A stretch of DNA of 63,713 nucleotides, counting the filler, from Calcarisporiella thermophila CBS 279.70 (Eukaryota; Fungi; Calcarisporiellomycota), in assembly GCF_041956535.1 (NCBI RefSeq). It is 8 parts of 8 records of this genome, joined end to end, with 100 filler letters (N's around TTAATTAATTAA, not from the genome) between each part and the next. Parts side by side here need not be neighbours in the genome. Positions count along the whole stretch, not along the records: positions 44,404 to 49,841 come from NW_027192196.1; positions 49,942 to 57,177 come from NW_027192204.1; positions 57,278 to 60,646 come from NW_027192244.1; positions 60,747 to 63,713 come from NW_027192205.1; 4 more parts are not named here. One strand, 5' to 3'. Of this stretch, positions 48,463 through 60,927 are shown one piece after another (within the stretch, counting starts at the first letter, position 1; the number at the start of each line of letters is the position of its first letter). Below the pieces are notes generated by a model. The model saw only the letters and a program-made list of their open reading frames with translations, was not told where the DNA came from and searched no databases. Position numbers and translations under genes: made by a program.

Positions 48463-51400
48463 TGTTAAAAAGTGAAGTGGAAATTTGCCACCACTGAAAT
48501 TTACGAATCAAGCCCTCTGTTATAAGCCTTTTTTCCTAACATAGAAATTGGATCCTAAGCCCTTCTTAAATAGTTAGCGTGGATCTAAAATTAATACCGA
48601 TCGAGTCGAGGCAATCAATTCATAGTAATCAAAGTATAGGCACACCTCCAAATACGACCTAAGTGGACCTGTAAAATTATTAGAGATTCTTCGAGTCTCT
48701 TTCTTAAAATGCTCGTATTGACACGATGCATTTATTTTTTATTCGCAAATTTCCTTGGATTCTTATTTATATCTCTTTAATGACATCACAATTTAAATTA
48801 TGTTGATTGCCTTACACCATTTATTATTCATTTACTTTCATTATAGCCCAATTTTATACTCATTACAAAAATACTAGAATCGAATTACATTCCTGTGCCT
48901 TTTACGCTAAGGAGAGTATGGCTACCGGATGAAGTTATGAACCAGTTAAGAGAGAGATCACTTCACTAACAATCGCCCTACTGAGATGATGCATACCTGA
49001 TGAAATTATAAACAGCTAGGTGTGACATAAAAGCATATAAGTGAGATTAGTAAAAACCGATTCTAATCTGGACTGACAGATTCCACTTTCTTTCGAGAAG
49101 TTGAAATGGAATTTTCAACTATGGATCTTGAAAGTCTCAAATGACTCAAGCACAAGAAATGAATCAACGGTTAAAGATTTGAGTGAGATTAAGAATATCA
49201 GATTATATTTACATCCAATAGTAATCTAATTTATCCTTTGACTAAACAGATGAATTTAGCGGAGATTGTAAAAGGTTTCGAGCTCTTAGATTGAAAAGTG
49301 AGCACAAAATTGGCGATGTAGCTATTGTTGAGTTAAGCAAAATATTTGACATAAATTAGGTGGCATTAGCTAATATCAGATGAAGGACAATTGCAACTGC
49401 AAGGTTTTGAAGTGTTAACTGATTACTGGGTTAATTGCGGTATTGTATTAAGAAGTGTGTATGCTTGTTTAGAGCAATGTCCATTTAGCAAACAACCTCG
49501 AAATACCAGCATATCATAAACCATACAAACTGGACATGGAAGATTTACCCCTTCACTTCTTCTTATCCATCGGTTTTGCAAAGTCATATCACAATTACTT
49601 GAATCAACAGTTTGTTTAATTCCGTTTTAACACTTGCTAAGTTACAGTGATAGATCATAACATGCTGAGATTTCTAATTACCTTTCGCAACCGAAGAAAT
49701 GCGTGATTACAGTTATATGAAGGTTTTGGCGGCGGAAGATGTAAAGAGTTTGCATGAGAGAGATTATTCAAATTCGCGTGATATTGGGCGCTTATGTTCT
49801 TCCAGCGGCTACCAAACTTATTGTGAGTCCGTACATTTCCCNNNNNNNNNNNNNNNNNNNNNNNNNNNNNNNNNNNNNNNNNNNNTTAATTAATTAANNN
49901 NNNNNNNNNNNNNNNNNNNNNNNNNNNNNNNNNNNNNNNNNAAAACGAGGAATAGAAGTCGAAAGAGTTGCCATAATGAAGATAAAATCACGATATAATA
50001 GGTATATAAGCTGGTATAAATTCGGTATATAATTTTTGATGAGATGAAGAATGCAAAGCAAAAGTTTTCGAGAATTATTACTTTAGTTAACGAATTTTTA
50101 AAAGATATATTAACAGTTGCAGATATTTCTGAAATCCTGATTCTACAATTTCTAAATCTAGTATGTCTGCTCAGCCTTGGAATCTCCCATATAGTTTATA
50201 CACAAACAAGTAAAAATAAAGTTTAATTAAAATACCGACAATTTCAGATTATCAGTCACGCCTGGTCGTACTACAACAATGGAGCTATCGGCGAATTTTC
50301 GGAGTAATTGATTGGTAATAAATTAGTTCAGCTCACAAAAGGTGCAATGTTTAAATGGAGACCGTATTCCAAATATTGATAATACAGTACTTCATTATTG
50401 TTCGTCCTCTGTAGCAATGATTAAAGGCTTCTGACAAAGAAATATTGGAAATAAAAATGAATCATCTTCGTGAGCTGTTACAATTTTGGACCTGAATATA
50501 CGTGTAAATATACCCATTTCATTGCCTTTTCTACCACGCATATGAATATTTTGTTCCTCTATACAACCATTCTGTATCTATCTGGATTGAACCAGTTGAC
50601 ATTTCAGCTTTCCCATTCCAATTCGCACATTGCATGCAATAGAAGGCCCATATACAATACATTATATTGGCTGTACAGTATAATTCAAAAAATTACTTCA
50701 TTGCGCTGAATAGAGGAATATCTCCATTTATTCCCACTATTTCACAATTGAATACAATGTTTCAATTTCTATTCTAGAGATCTTTACAATAAGTAATAGT
50801 ATTTGTTTTATCGAAGGTTTCCCTTCCAAATACTTATTGTTAAGTAGAATGGTTACTACATAATGTGGAATTGTGATATATACTGAAAACAAGCAATTCT
50901 CAGACTCCATTTTTAAGATATATTATTCCTTTTTGTCGTGTATAAGCGCCGCAAATCAACAATTCAATAGATTGGCTTTATATTATGCAGATGTACGATA
51001 TAATTAATTTACTTTTGTCTCTTTTTTAATCTTTTTAAAGACCTTTAAATATATTTAGCAAGTTAAATTAGTAATAGCCCAACTGTTTAGAGCCAACATT
51101 TTTACTGGTAAACTTCTGGTTATTTAAATTTGCTACGGTTACCTACTCAAAGCATACTTTGTCTTATTGGGAAAATATGAATTTTTTATCATCGATAATT
51201 TTGCACGGAGATTATGCTCAATTCAAAGAAAACATTCTTTTAATTAATATCCATAATTCAATGAAGCCAAGTGCAATCCAACTAAAAAGAAGCATTAATA
51301 CCATTCGCATTTGAGCCTTGAATAGAAGTATATATTTTATTTTCTTCCGTTATTGCTTTAAGTAGATTTTTAATGTGCCCATTTCATAAATACAATTCAA

Positions 51401-51549
51401 ATTTATCCTTTTTGTTTTTCTGGTTCTTATATTTTATCGTTCTTTTTTCGAGTTTCGGGAACTTTTCATTAAATCCATATTCCTTTGATTGTTATCATTA
51501 TTTTTTCTTTTTTAATGTTACTTAAGTTAGCTTCATTAAAAATGTAAAA

Positions 51550-52220
51550 ACCTCGGGCAGATCCTTTAACTTCCGAATTTGACACTTGAAATCCTTGTTT
51601 CAGTGATCCGATACAACCTCAATGGCCAAGCCACCAATGAGTTAATTATTACCCAAGTTGGAAATATTCCGCTCCTATCCATTCCAGCTCTAATTAAAAC
51701 CCTACGATTATATAAGAAAGCCTCCCTTTTCCAATCATGCTTCACACTGACCCTTGATCAATAATCGGACCTTCAACCTTAACTCCAAGTTTGGAAATTC
51801 GTTAAATTGCTTAAAAATAGCTTATTTTCAATTGTAAAATCGTCAAAAATCACTCTAGAAAAGCGCGATTTTTTTTCTTTTACAACTATCCATCAAGTGT
51901 TTCACTTGGGCGCATTATTAAACATGCATTCCAAGCGTAAAATATGCATAAAATCTCTAAACCATGACATTGAACCCCCGCTTCCCCATTTCCCAAATCC
52001 CACCATATTAACACCCTTCATCTCAGACGGTCAAATTGCGGTTACCTTAAGAATTCAAACTCTGCATTTAATCTCCCTTCCATAAAATCACTCCTTATCC
52101 CCCCCTTTTCTGCTCAATCATTGCAATTGTTCCTGATTCACATCTCCCACAACCTTTACATCGTCCTCAATAAACTGCTATAAAGCCTAACTCTTCTTTA
52201 CATTTAGATATCAATAAAAA
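51550..52220 (+). mobile_element. Highly degraded Tx1/L1 LINE relic
   Basis: DPL..LEILVSVIR..ALIKTLRLYKKAS resembles L1 RT. A C-rich 3'UTR-like tail with aataaa follows. Confidence 0.4.
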
Positions 52221-52612
52221 GGACCGTGAACCCCTCTAACCTAAGTTTTCGGATATTTTTACCTTACGTATAAAATCACTTGTAGAGCTTTTTACGTCTT
52301 GATCGAATCTTTAACCGAATTTCTACGAGCCGTTTTTACGTTTTTACCAACTTATTTTAGTGAAATAAACATTAGTATCTATCGAACCCTACTTGTGTTT
52401 ATTTCACCGCCCATAATTTTGGACTAAGTGACTCCTACACATTTCTGATATCCCTAATTCATTTCAGATTTCTTATATCCCCTCAACAAAAACACTTAGA
52501 AAAATATTTCATCAGCCTTTTATTTAATCCACGACCATCAAAAAAACGGTATCGCCCCTTGAGGACTCTTCCTCTGGTCATTGGAAAGCGCTGCAATGAG
52601 ACTACAACGCCC

Positions 52613-53059
52613 TTACGCTGACGTGGCCGGCTTCAGGTTCCCACTGACGCAGTACCCGCACCTATCACGCGATGAGTCGCAGTACTCGCCGTTTGCATGA
52701 TCGCAATCGTAGCCGGCCCAACAACATCCGTGGGCTTTACAATCGTCACCCCACCCTAAGTCGGGACACTTCGTTCCGCCACGTGCATTGAGCACGGTGC
52801 GGGCGCGCAAGACGCGTGATGTCTTCTTAAGGGAACTACAGTCGACACAGACACACTTAGTGCGTCCTGAGCCGGCGCCTCCACAATTGTGGATTTCAGC
52901 CTGTTGGCCGCTACACCGCGCTTTGCACAATGTGTGTGCTGACGCGTCATTCGGGATATTGGCGTCGCATCCCCAGATCTGCTCTTTGTCGCATGCCTGT
53001 CCGAGGGCGGTCCCTAGAAGCGCTATAAGAAATACACTTGAAACCAACGTGTGACGCAT
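52613..53059 (-). CDS. Secreted cysteine-rich protein with two 8-Cys modules
   Basis: Signal peptide, 16 Cys and a basic linker. The ORF is GC-rich within AT-rich flanks, with TATA-like tatatata ~80 bp upstream and AATAAA downstream. Confidence 0.8.
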   Translation of the reverse strand: MRHTLVSSVFLIALLGTALGQACDKEQIWGCDANIPNDASAHTLCKARCSGQQAEIHNCGGAGSGRTKCVCVDCSSLKKTSRVLRARTVLNARGGTKCPDLGWGDDCKAHGCCWAGYDCDHANGEYCDSSRDRCGYCVSGNLKPATSA

Positions 53060-54399
53060 CTCCTCTTCTTACGGTGTCGTATCACTAATTTATGACGCAG
53101 TGATTTTTTCTCTGAATTCAAGTTTAGGGATACATCCTATATATAATGGAATCGAGCATGGGAAAATGATTAATTAAGGTTTCAAAGCGTATTCTTGTAA
53201 CATCAACCTAAATTATCAACAAAGCCATCTCAACTGAACACAGCTTATCGTTCTACAACAGTATTTTCTTAGTTATTTCTCCTCGGTTAGCTCTTTTTTT
53301 AATATACCTCTTCGGTCAGCTATTAATTTAATCCACTTTACCGGTTAGCTTTTCTTTAGAACTCCTTCTTCAACCTGACGTTTTAGGTTTTTGAGCAGGT
53401 GGGAAAAAGTAGTCACAGATTTAGAAAAATGCTAAATTTTTGGAAGGGGACTGTAAGTCAAAAGTTGCTTGGAATATTGGGCATTGCTTAAGGAATAGTA
53501 ATACTAAAATGCTTTGCTAAGGAGTTCTCCGCTTCTTGTTTACAGAGAATAACTTAAAGTAATTTCGGTGATAATTCCTGACTGATGAAGTTTTCTGTTT
53601 CCATGAGTATTTATCTGCTTATTCAAATCTTGTATACGAAATATTGTTACATAGCGCGAGCATTTGGACTAGCAGGGGTTACCAACTAAGCTAACTTAAT
53701 GTCAACTAACTAATAAAGCTAAGACAACTGTGTTACAAGGAATGGAATAAGCTGTAGTATGACAGGATGAATGGTCTTGAGATATTTGAAGATAAGGTTA
53801 AATTTAAGGTTATACCAGGTATATTAAGGTTTCACAAGTAAACTAAAGATGTTTTACGAGGTGCATGCGAATTTAACAGTTTCAAGCAAAACTAAATTCA
53901 AAATTCCATTATGCTTAAGCGTACACGTTGATATACCTAAATGTAATCTACCTTTTTAATTGGTTCACTCTTTAATTAAGTTGAATTAGAATTCGACAAG
54001 GTTTCACCAGATTTTTTACTATTCATTTTACACCAATTCTATGTTAAAAAGTCGGATTTTGGGATTTCCTTATTTAGTACTTGGCACTTTGGTCAACGTT
54101 AATCAACTTAGGTTCAGTCAATCCTCCACTCTAAGAATACCAATTCGCGATACACTGTGAAGATAGCCCTACCCTTGTCTTAAATAACTACACGGGGATA
54201 TATATAATTCCATTATACATGGGTTATGAATCTGAAATTTGTTCCGATCATGCGCTCAATTTCTGCGCCGAACTGCTTATAAAATTTAAACACTCATTTT
54301 CTCGGAAACTAATCATTCTTTAACTAAACTAATTGTTATTTCAAGCTGCCTACATTTTCTTCTTCATTGTAATATTGTAACTTTGCTTGCTATAACCCG

Positions 54400-55210
54400 A
54401 TGAAGTAAATTCCGGGAACAGTAAAATCGAGGATAATAACATTATCTAATGAAGGCTTATCCAGCAGAGAGATCTCGCATCAACTTGGGATAAGCTACTA
54501 TGCCGTCAACAAATATCGTAGGTTATACGCTCCTGAATCTTCCAAATCAGTCCCCGGTCGTCGACGTGTTCTCACAGAGAGGCAAGAGAAAGTCCTCGTA
54601 CGAAATTTCAAGGCTGGAATCTATGAAGAAATACCAGACGCAAAGAGACATCTTAAGGAAGAATACAATGTCGATTTGTCGGTGACAGCTGTAAGGAACG
54701 TACTGAAGCGAAACCAAATGAGCTCGAGATCGTGTGGGAAAAAGCCGCTTTTGAAAGATAGGTATAGGAAAGCCCGACTGGCCTTTGCACGTAAATATCG
54801 AAGCTGGACTATCGATGATTGGAAGCGTGTTGTATGATCAGATGAGAGTATATTTAGAGTCTTCGGCACAGGTAGAAAACGATATTATTGGAAAGCACCA
54901 GGCGATCCTATACGCGAACATCACTTCAAAAAAAACAGTCAAGCACGGCAATGGGGGGGGGTTACCGTGTGGTCATGCATCACTGCTCAAGGAGTTGGCT
55001 TCATGTGCCGAATCGAGAAGGGTCTAGATGCACAGCTCTACCAGGATATTTTAGGAGATGAACTAAAGAGAACACTCGATTGGTATGACTTAGACAAGGA
55101 TCAAATTATTTTCCAGCATGATAATGATCCTAAGCACACTGCGCGTAATACAGTGGAATGGCTAGCAAAACACAATATCACCGTGCTAGATTGGCTAGCT
55201 CAGTCTCTTG
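54400..55210 (+). mobile_element. Tc1/mariner transposase pseudogene
   Basis: GRRRVL, KKPLL..RLAFARKY..WTIDDWKRVV*SDES, VWSCIT and FQHDNDPKHTA..VLDWLAQSLD, with stops and frameshifts. Confidence 0.9.
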
Positions 55211-56411
55211 ATTTTGCGCAGAATCAGCTGAAGCGAAATAATAGAAGTATAATTGAAATGCTTCAATATTGAAAATTATCTTGTGAACTCGGGTTAACTT
55301 ACGCGGTATCTTCTCACTTTCGATGAATTAAGGCCCAAATAATCCTCAACATTAATATAGTTCTTTTTTTCCAGAAGCATTGGTCTCTCGATACACCGCA
55401 TCCCATGCTTTGCGTCCTTGAAAATCCGATATTAGCTCACGCAATAAAAAGAATCACTCAAATATAACTCCACTTTACTAGAGTTATATCAATTTTTTTT
55501 CCGTCTCGATCCGTGTCCTTTATCAAATTTCTTTGATTCGTTTTGTCGGCTATCATAGTTGCCCTGAGCGTCATCGTTGAGACTCCTATTATTCTCTTGT
55601 TCAACCTTTGGTTGAATTCGTCCTATGAATTCAGAAGCAAGTGATACCCTACAAAAAACTCCAATAGAGAAAAGAGTTAAAAATCTTATAGAAATCGTAG
55701 GGATGTGAAAACATATACAATCGCGAACCTTTTACGATTTCTTATTCCATACTTCAAACTTTTCTCGACCCTTTTCTTTTCCTTATTTTTATAGATTTCT
55801 TTGTAATATTACCCATTCGTTTTAATAGCAGATTAATTAAATGGGATATTTATTTAATTATTTCGCAATTATTATGGGTTGTATATTTTACGGTAGCATT
55901 GTTCCGCTTCTTTTTCTTACAACTCTTGTCAAATATCCATTTGGCCTGCTTGCTGATTCTATCTCTTCGCTTTCACTTGCTTCATTGACACACTTCCTCT
56001 TGGCCCTTTTCCTACTCTGTTCTTCCGGCTCTGCATTCTCCTGAGGTTGCTCTCCTTTTGTAACGGGTGTCTCCTGTGTTAAATTTGCTCTAATGCTATC
56101 CAATCCCTTTCGTCGTCTAATTAGAGGTATCTCTACACGAATATATGAGAAAGATTAATGGAGGATACATGAATTGATTTATCTAAGATTTGAAATTGAA
56201 TTTATGGCGATTTATACTAATACTGTACAGTACCTTTCTCTGATGATTCTTGTTGTAATTCAGAATCTTCATAGTAGTCATCACTCACTACCACTATATT
56301 TGAGGGCATATTTTTGGATTCGTTAAACACTCGGGTTGATTGCATTCTATTTACTCTTGATTTCTCTGATTGATACGCTCCTAAGCCATCAGAGTGGTGA
56401 TAAAAGACAAT

Positions 56412-57177
56412 AGACTGCGGACTTTGTCAGCAGTCCACGCTTCAGGATGATGAAGCCGATTTATTGGATAAAATGAGCTGGTACAAAGAATAAAGAAAAA
56501 GTAAACAAAAAAAATCGTACGATAATCTGAACGTGATTTTGCTATAAATATGAACCTACCAAGGAGATGTTTCCTCGGCCGTTTTGAGCTGGATACTTCC
56601 GTTTAAGATGAGTTCCCAACCCGAAATTCTTCATAGTGGGTCAGAGAGCGATTCCGAGAGGGAGCTGCAAGACGCACTACTCCCAAAAGTTCCCATACGC
56701 GAGAGACATTGGTGGGAGCCCCCCCAGGAGCTTGCAAGACTTTTTGAGCAAAGGTTAGCACACGAAAAAAATGTTAACCTGACCTCGGAAGAAAGGCAAG
56801 TGATCTGGGACGAGAACCCTCCAAGGAAAGGAATGAAGTACGAGGCGCTGTCAGGATTTAATTTTTACTTAATTTTACATGCATCTAATTATTACTTGTT
56901 TGGGTGTATATGAAAATCCTGTTTATTGTTTTTGTTGTTATTCTTTAAATAGTTCAGCTATTTGTTTTCTGATCCTCACTCCTATTTTTCTCTTATATTT
57001 TTACTATTATTATTATAGTAAACTATAGGAGTCCGAAAGTCGAAAACTACTTTCGTTACAGGCGCCCCCAATGAATTCATCCTTACACTCTTGCATGAGC
57101 AAAACCGCCAAGAAACACGACCTATACTTGTCAGATCTGGCAAAACAAGTCGCTCTGGCAACAAGACCGCTAGAGTT
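56412..57177 (+). mobile_element. 5' portion of a second DIRS copy (terminal repeat plus gag relic)
   Basis: Begins agactgcggactttgtcagcagtccacgcttcaggatgat, matching 25783-25822 and 25470-25610. 56700-57175 matches 28060-28570 in reverse. Confidence 0.85.
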
Positions 57178-57912
57178 NNNNNNNNNNNNNNNNNNNNNNN
57201 NNNNNNNNNNNNNNNNNNNNNTTAATTAATTAANNNNNNNNNNNNNNNNNNNNNNNNNNNNNNNNNNNNNNNNNNNNAGTTCACTATAAAGTCAGGCTGA
57301 AAGCCACCAAACCCTGAGAAACGAAAAAGTGAAATTACAAGCTCCTAAGTCAATCTTCTCTCCTATCTATGTCTATGATTAAATATGCGCTGATTTCTCT
57401 CTACCAAAATTCCTCTCCGAGGGCCACTTTCGGGCTCCACCTGAATTCTATCGTTTATTTCATTCTACCAGAGCTCGTTTTTATTTCGCATATCGGCATT
57501 CCCATACTATTCCTTTCATATTTATTTATTGAAAACTGATTTAAAATAACAATAGTATGCAACAGGAATAGCGTTATTTTGTACTTAGATACATTAACAA
57601 TATCATCCTCGTTATGCCTCTACTAGTCAGTACCCCCCAATATCTAGTTTTTCAAAAAAGGATTTAGGGTGACGTATCACTATGCTACTGAATTCAAGCA
57701 AAAATAATAAGCCACCAATTTTTCGAAAAAAATTTTTTCTAAGATACGTGACCTAAATTTTTGAAAAAAAATCGAATCGGACATTTTTTCCCTATGAACC
57801 CATTATGTAAAATTCCGATAAAGATTTCTACGGTATAATTCCAGATTTTGAATACGTCATCAATTTAAAACCTTCAAAACTTTCAGGCTTTCTTTTGGGG
57901 TACGTATACAAC

Positions 57913-60025
57913 ATGCAGCTTAATTGCGTGATCAATAATGCGAGCAGATTTTCAGAGCCTTTTTCGCTCGAGATAAATGGATCGGATAGCGTCGAAGTTC
58001 TCAAGGGAAAAATTATAGAGAAAAATCCTCGCCAATTAGGAAGCGTTGATCCCTCCGAGATAATTCTATGGAAGATTGACGTTTCCTTCAAAGATCTCCA
58101 GAGATCCCTTGACCACATAGAAAAAATAAGCGAGCAAAGGCTTTCTCCCCTAGACGAAATACAGGAAATATTCCTAGAAGAGCCTGGAAAAAAGCATATA
58201 CATATTCTTGTTGAACTACCACAGAAGGGTATGTAATGTTACTAGATATTTGCAATGCCATCCAAAATTTGGTTCAGGATTTCAGTTCTAACTTACATAT
58301 TAATTTTTACCACATTGCTTACTTTTTCCTTTTCATCTTACTGCTCAATTATTGATATATCTATTGGAAATGCGATTCGATCACATTAGTTGGAGAATCC
58401 TGTAAGTTTTTCAAGATTCTATGTATGTATTTTTTTCTAATTATTTTATCTATTCTTTCGCAGCGTCCATCTCACCTCTAAAACGAGCTATCGATAATGA
58501 CGTAATTATTCCAACCTCAGGACCTGTACTGCCGAATCAAGGATTACTTATGCTTCCTATATACGAGCGGAAAAGTTTCGGGGGTCTAATTAAAGACATT
58601 AGGCAGGGAGCATCGTATATTATACATGGCCCGTACCAAAGTGGCAAGACGTCGGTTTTATTGGCTCTAAAAGAGGAATTGATGAGGCGACGAATCGATT
58701 TTGCAGTCATTGATATGACCTCGGTTTTCAACTATAGACAAGAATTCGGCCTTAGGAAGGGGTTCTATAATCTCCTATCATACCGGATCTTCCATGAATA
58801 TTTACAATTTCCTGAGTTACATTATCGTCTCGGTCTAATGGAAGGGGTTTTCTATATCCTTATCGATGAATTTCAGTGTATATTCCAAGACAATATCCTC
58901 CTTGAGGAGGCCAAACGATTCTTCAAAGAAATCACGATGCACGGCAACATTTTCTATATCGCAGCAGGAACTTTCAAACTGGTGGATTTGATGCTACCTG
59001 GAGAAAATTACCTTGAATCTCCCTTCAACAAAGCTCATTTCCTTCGAATACCATTCTTCACGACGGAAGATATGGGAAAACTTTTTCAGTGGTATAAGGA
59101 ACGCTGTAATGGAATGGGGGTCTCAGATCGTGTACAGGCAAAGATCATCTCCGAGTCTTCTGGGCATCCAGCATCTTTTATGATACTGCTGAGGCTTTTT
59201 GATGAATGCAGGCCAACCTCCGAGACCTGGAGTCTTGTATTGCAGAAGCAACTACAGAAATACATGAACGGGACTCACATCAAAATTAAACAAGCAATCG
59301 AGGCAAAAAGTAAATCTGAACGAGAATATATTCGCGAATTGACAAATAATCAGGGCTATCCTTGGAGAATTAATCTGTGTTCTCCCAGCATCATTGATAA
59401 GGAACTACTGGATATCGGTATTCTCGTCACTACAGGCGAGCGTGATGAAGTCTGCTTTACAAGCAGTATTATTTTACGAGTTTGCATGGAAGTTGTATGG
59501 CCAAAGCCGATATCTCCAAAGATAGAGGTCAATGATCCTATCGAGTTGCTAATAGATGGATTACGGCTAATCACTCCTGAAACAATCGCTGATAAGAGGA
59601 TAAGCAATAAAGGAGGTCCATCAGAAGCGGCATTCCAGGCAGCGCTTTACCATGTCTGGAACAGTCTGTTGCCCTCTCCAATGTTGTGCTTGTTCGAAGT
59701 ACACGCTAAGGGTTTGGACACACTTGATCTAATGATCGTCAAGGGGGAAGACAATTGGGCTGCCTACGAACTTAAGGTTAACAAATTGTCCGAGACAGAT
59801 TTCCGACCCTCTATCAAGCAAGCCAAAAAATACGCAGAACATTACAAGATGAAGGTGTATTTAGTCAACTTCTATTTAGAAGGTCACCAAACTCCGGTTG
59901 TCTCTGACCTTGATCCGGATGTCGTTTTAGTAAATGTCATGCATAGTGCATCGTGTAAAAGGTTTATTGTTTCTGCTCGGAATTATGCGAGAGAGGTGCG
60001 TGTTATTGAACATAATCAATCCTGA
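57913..60025 (+). CDS. Crinkler (CRN)-type protein: ubiquitin-like header, AAA/P-loop NTPase and PD-(D/E)xK nuclease
   Basis: Header LNCVI..FSLEINGSDSVEVLKGKI..LWKIDV..HIHILVELP. Walker A GPYQSGKT, Walker B ILIDEFQ, and REase SEAAFQ..LDLMIV..YELKV..QAKKYA. Confidence 0.85.
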
Positions 60026-60450
60026 TTATTGCCAGCATTGAAAAATATACCAGAATATTGAGGTTTGTTTCATATCTTGCAATAATTTTAGTTTATTATT
60101 TACCATATACAGGTTGTGCAATAATTGTTGATGTGCTAAGCCACATTTTCATTATGATTTAATAATTTAATAACTACCCTAGAATAATGATGGGAAAGGT
60201 TATTGCAAAAATATTTGGCATCTGCGCTATTTTTAGGAATACATGCAAGCCATGTGTAAAGAGGAGAAACTGAAACGCTGTGGAGGCAAAGTTGAAAAAT
60301 GCGTTGACATGCCTTATTCGGACCTCATATATATATCGACACTTTTTTCCCATCACATCATACTTGCTTCTTTATCCATAACTTTACCATCCGCCTAGCT
60401 CAATAAAAAGAACGCAGGCTTTACTATTTTATTTTGTATTTGTAATTACA

Positions 60451-60646
60451 ATGAAACCAATCACAAACAAGACTCGTGCCAACATATTCCAGTATTCCAC
60501 AGAGAGAAAGTCTTGCCGCCAAATTGCTGCACTTCTCGACATACATTACTCAACGGTTGCGAAGATCATTGCAGGAGAGAGGTGGCATCGCCCTGATTTC
60601 AAAACCCCTCCAAGTGGTCGCCCTCGAGTTTTGAGTGAGAAGCAAG
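60451..60646 (+). mobile_element. Tc1/mariner transposase 5' fragment (runs into gap)
   Basis: MKPI..SCRQIAALLDIHYSTVAKI..SGRPRVLS; similar to the copy at 35227. Confidence 0.8.
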
Positions 60647-60927
60647 NNNNNNNNNNNNNNNNNNNNNNNNNNNNNNNNNNNNNNNNNNNNTTAATTAATT
60701 AANNNNNNNNNNNNNNNNNNNNNNNNNNNNNNNNNNNNNNNNNNNNACTAAAGATATTCTAAGGAATTATTTGACCCAATCAAGTGTCGTAATTCCTATA
60801 TTCTTAAATTATAACTATTTCAAACTGGAATTGAAAAATAAATTGAATGTCCTTAGTTGCGTCGTATTTGGAGATATTCTCAACATTATAAAAGTTTTGA
60901 CTCTTGTTATTTCAAAGGATTTTCAGA

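Noticed and set aside
47360-51300. Scattered short ORFs and possible decayed exons (similar at 55300-56400)
   Set aside because: No supportable gene model or motif apart from the Tc1 relic at 48361.
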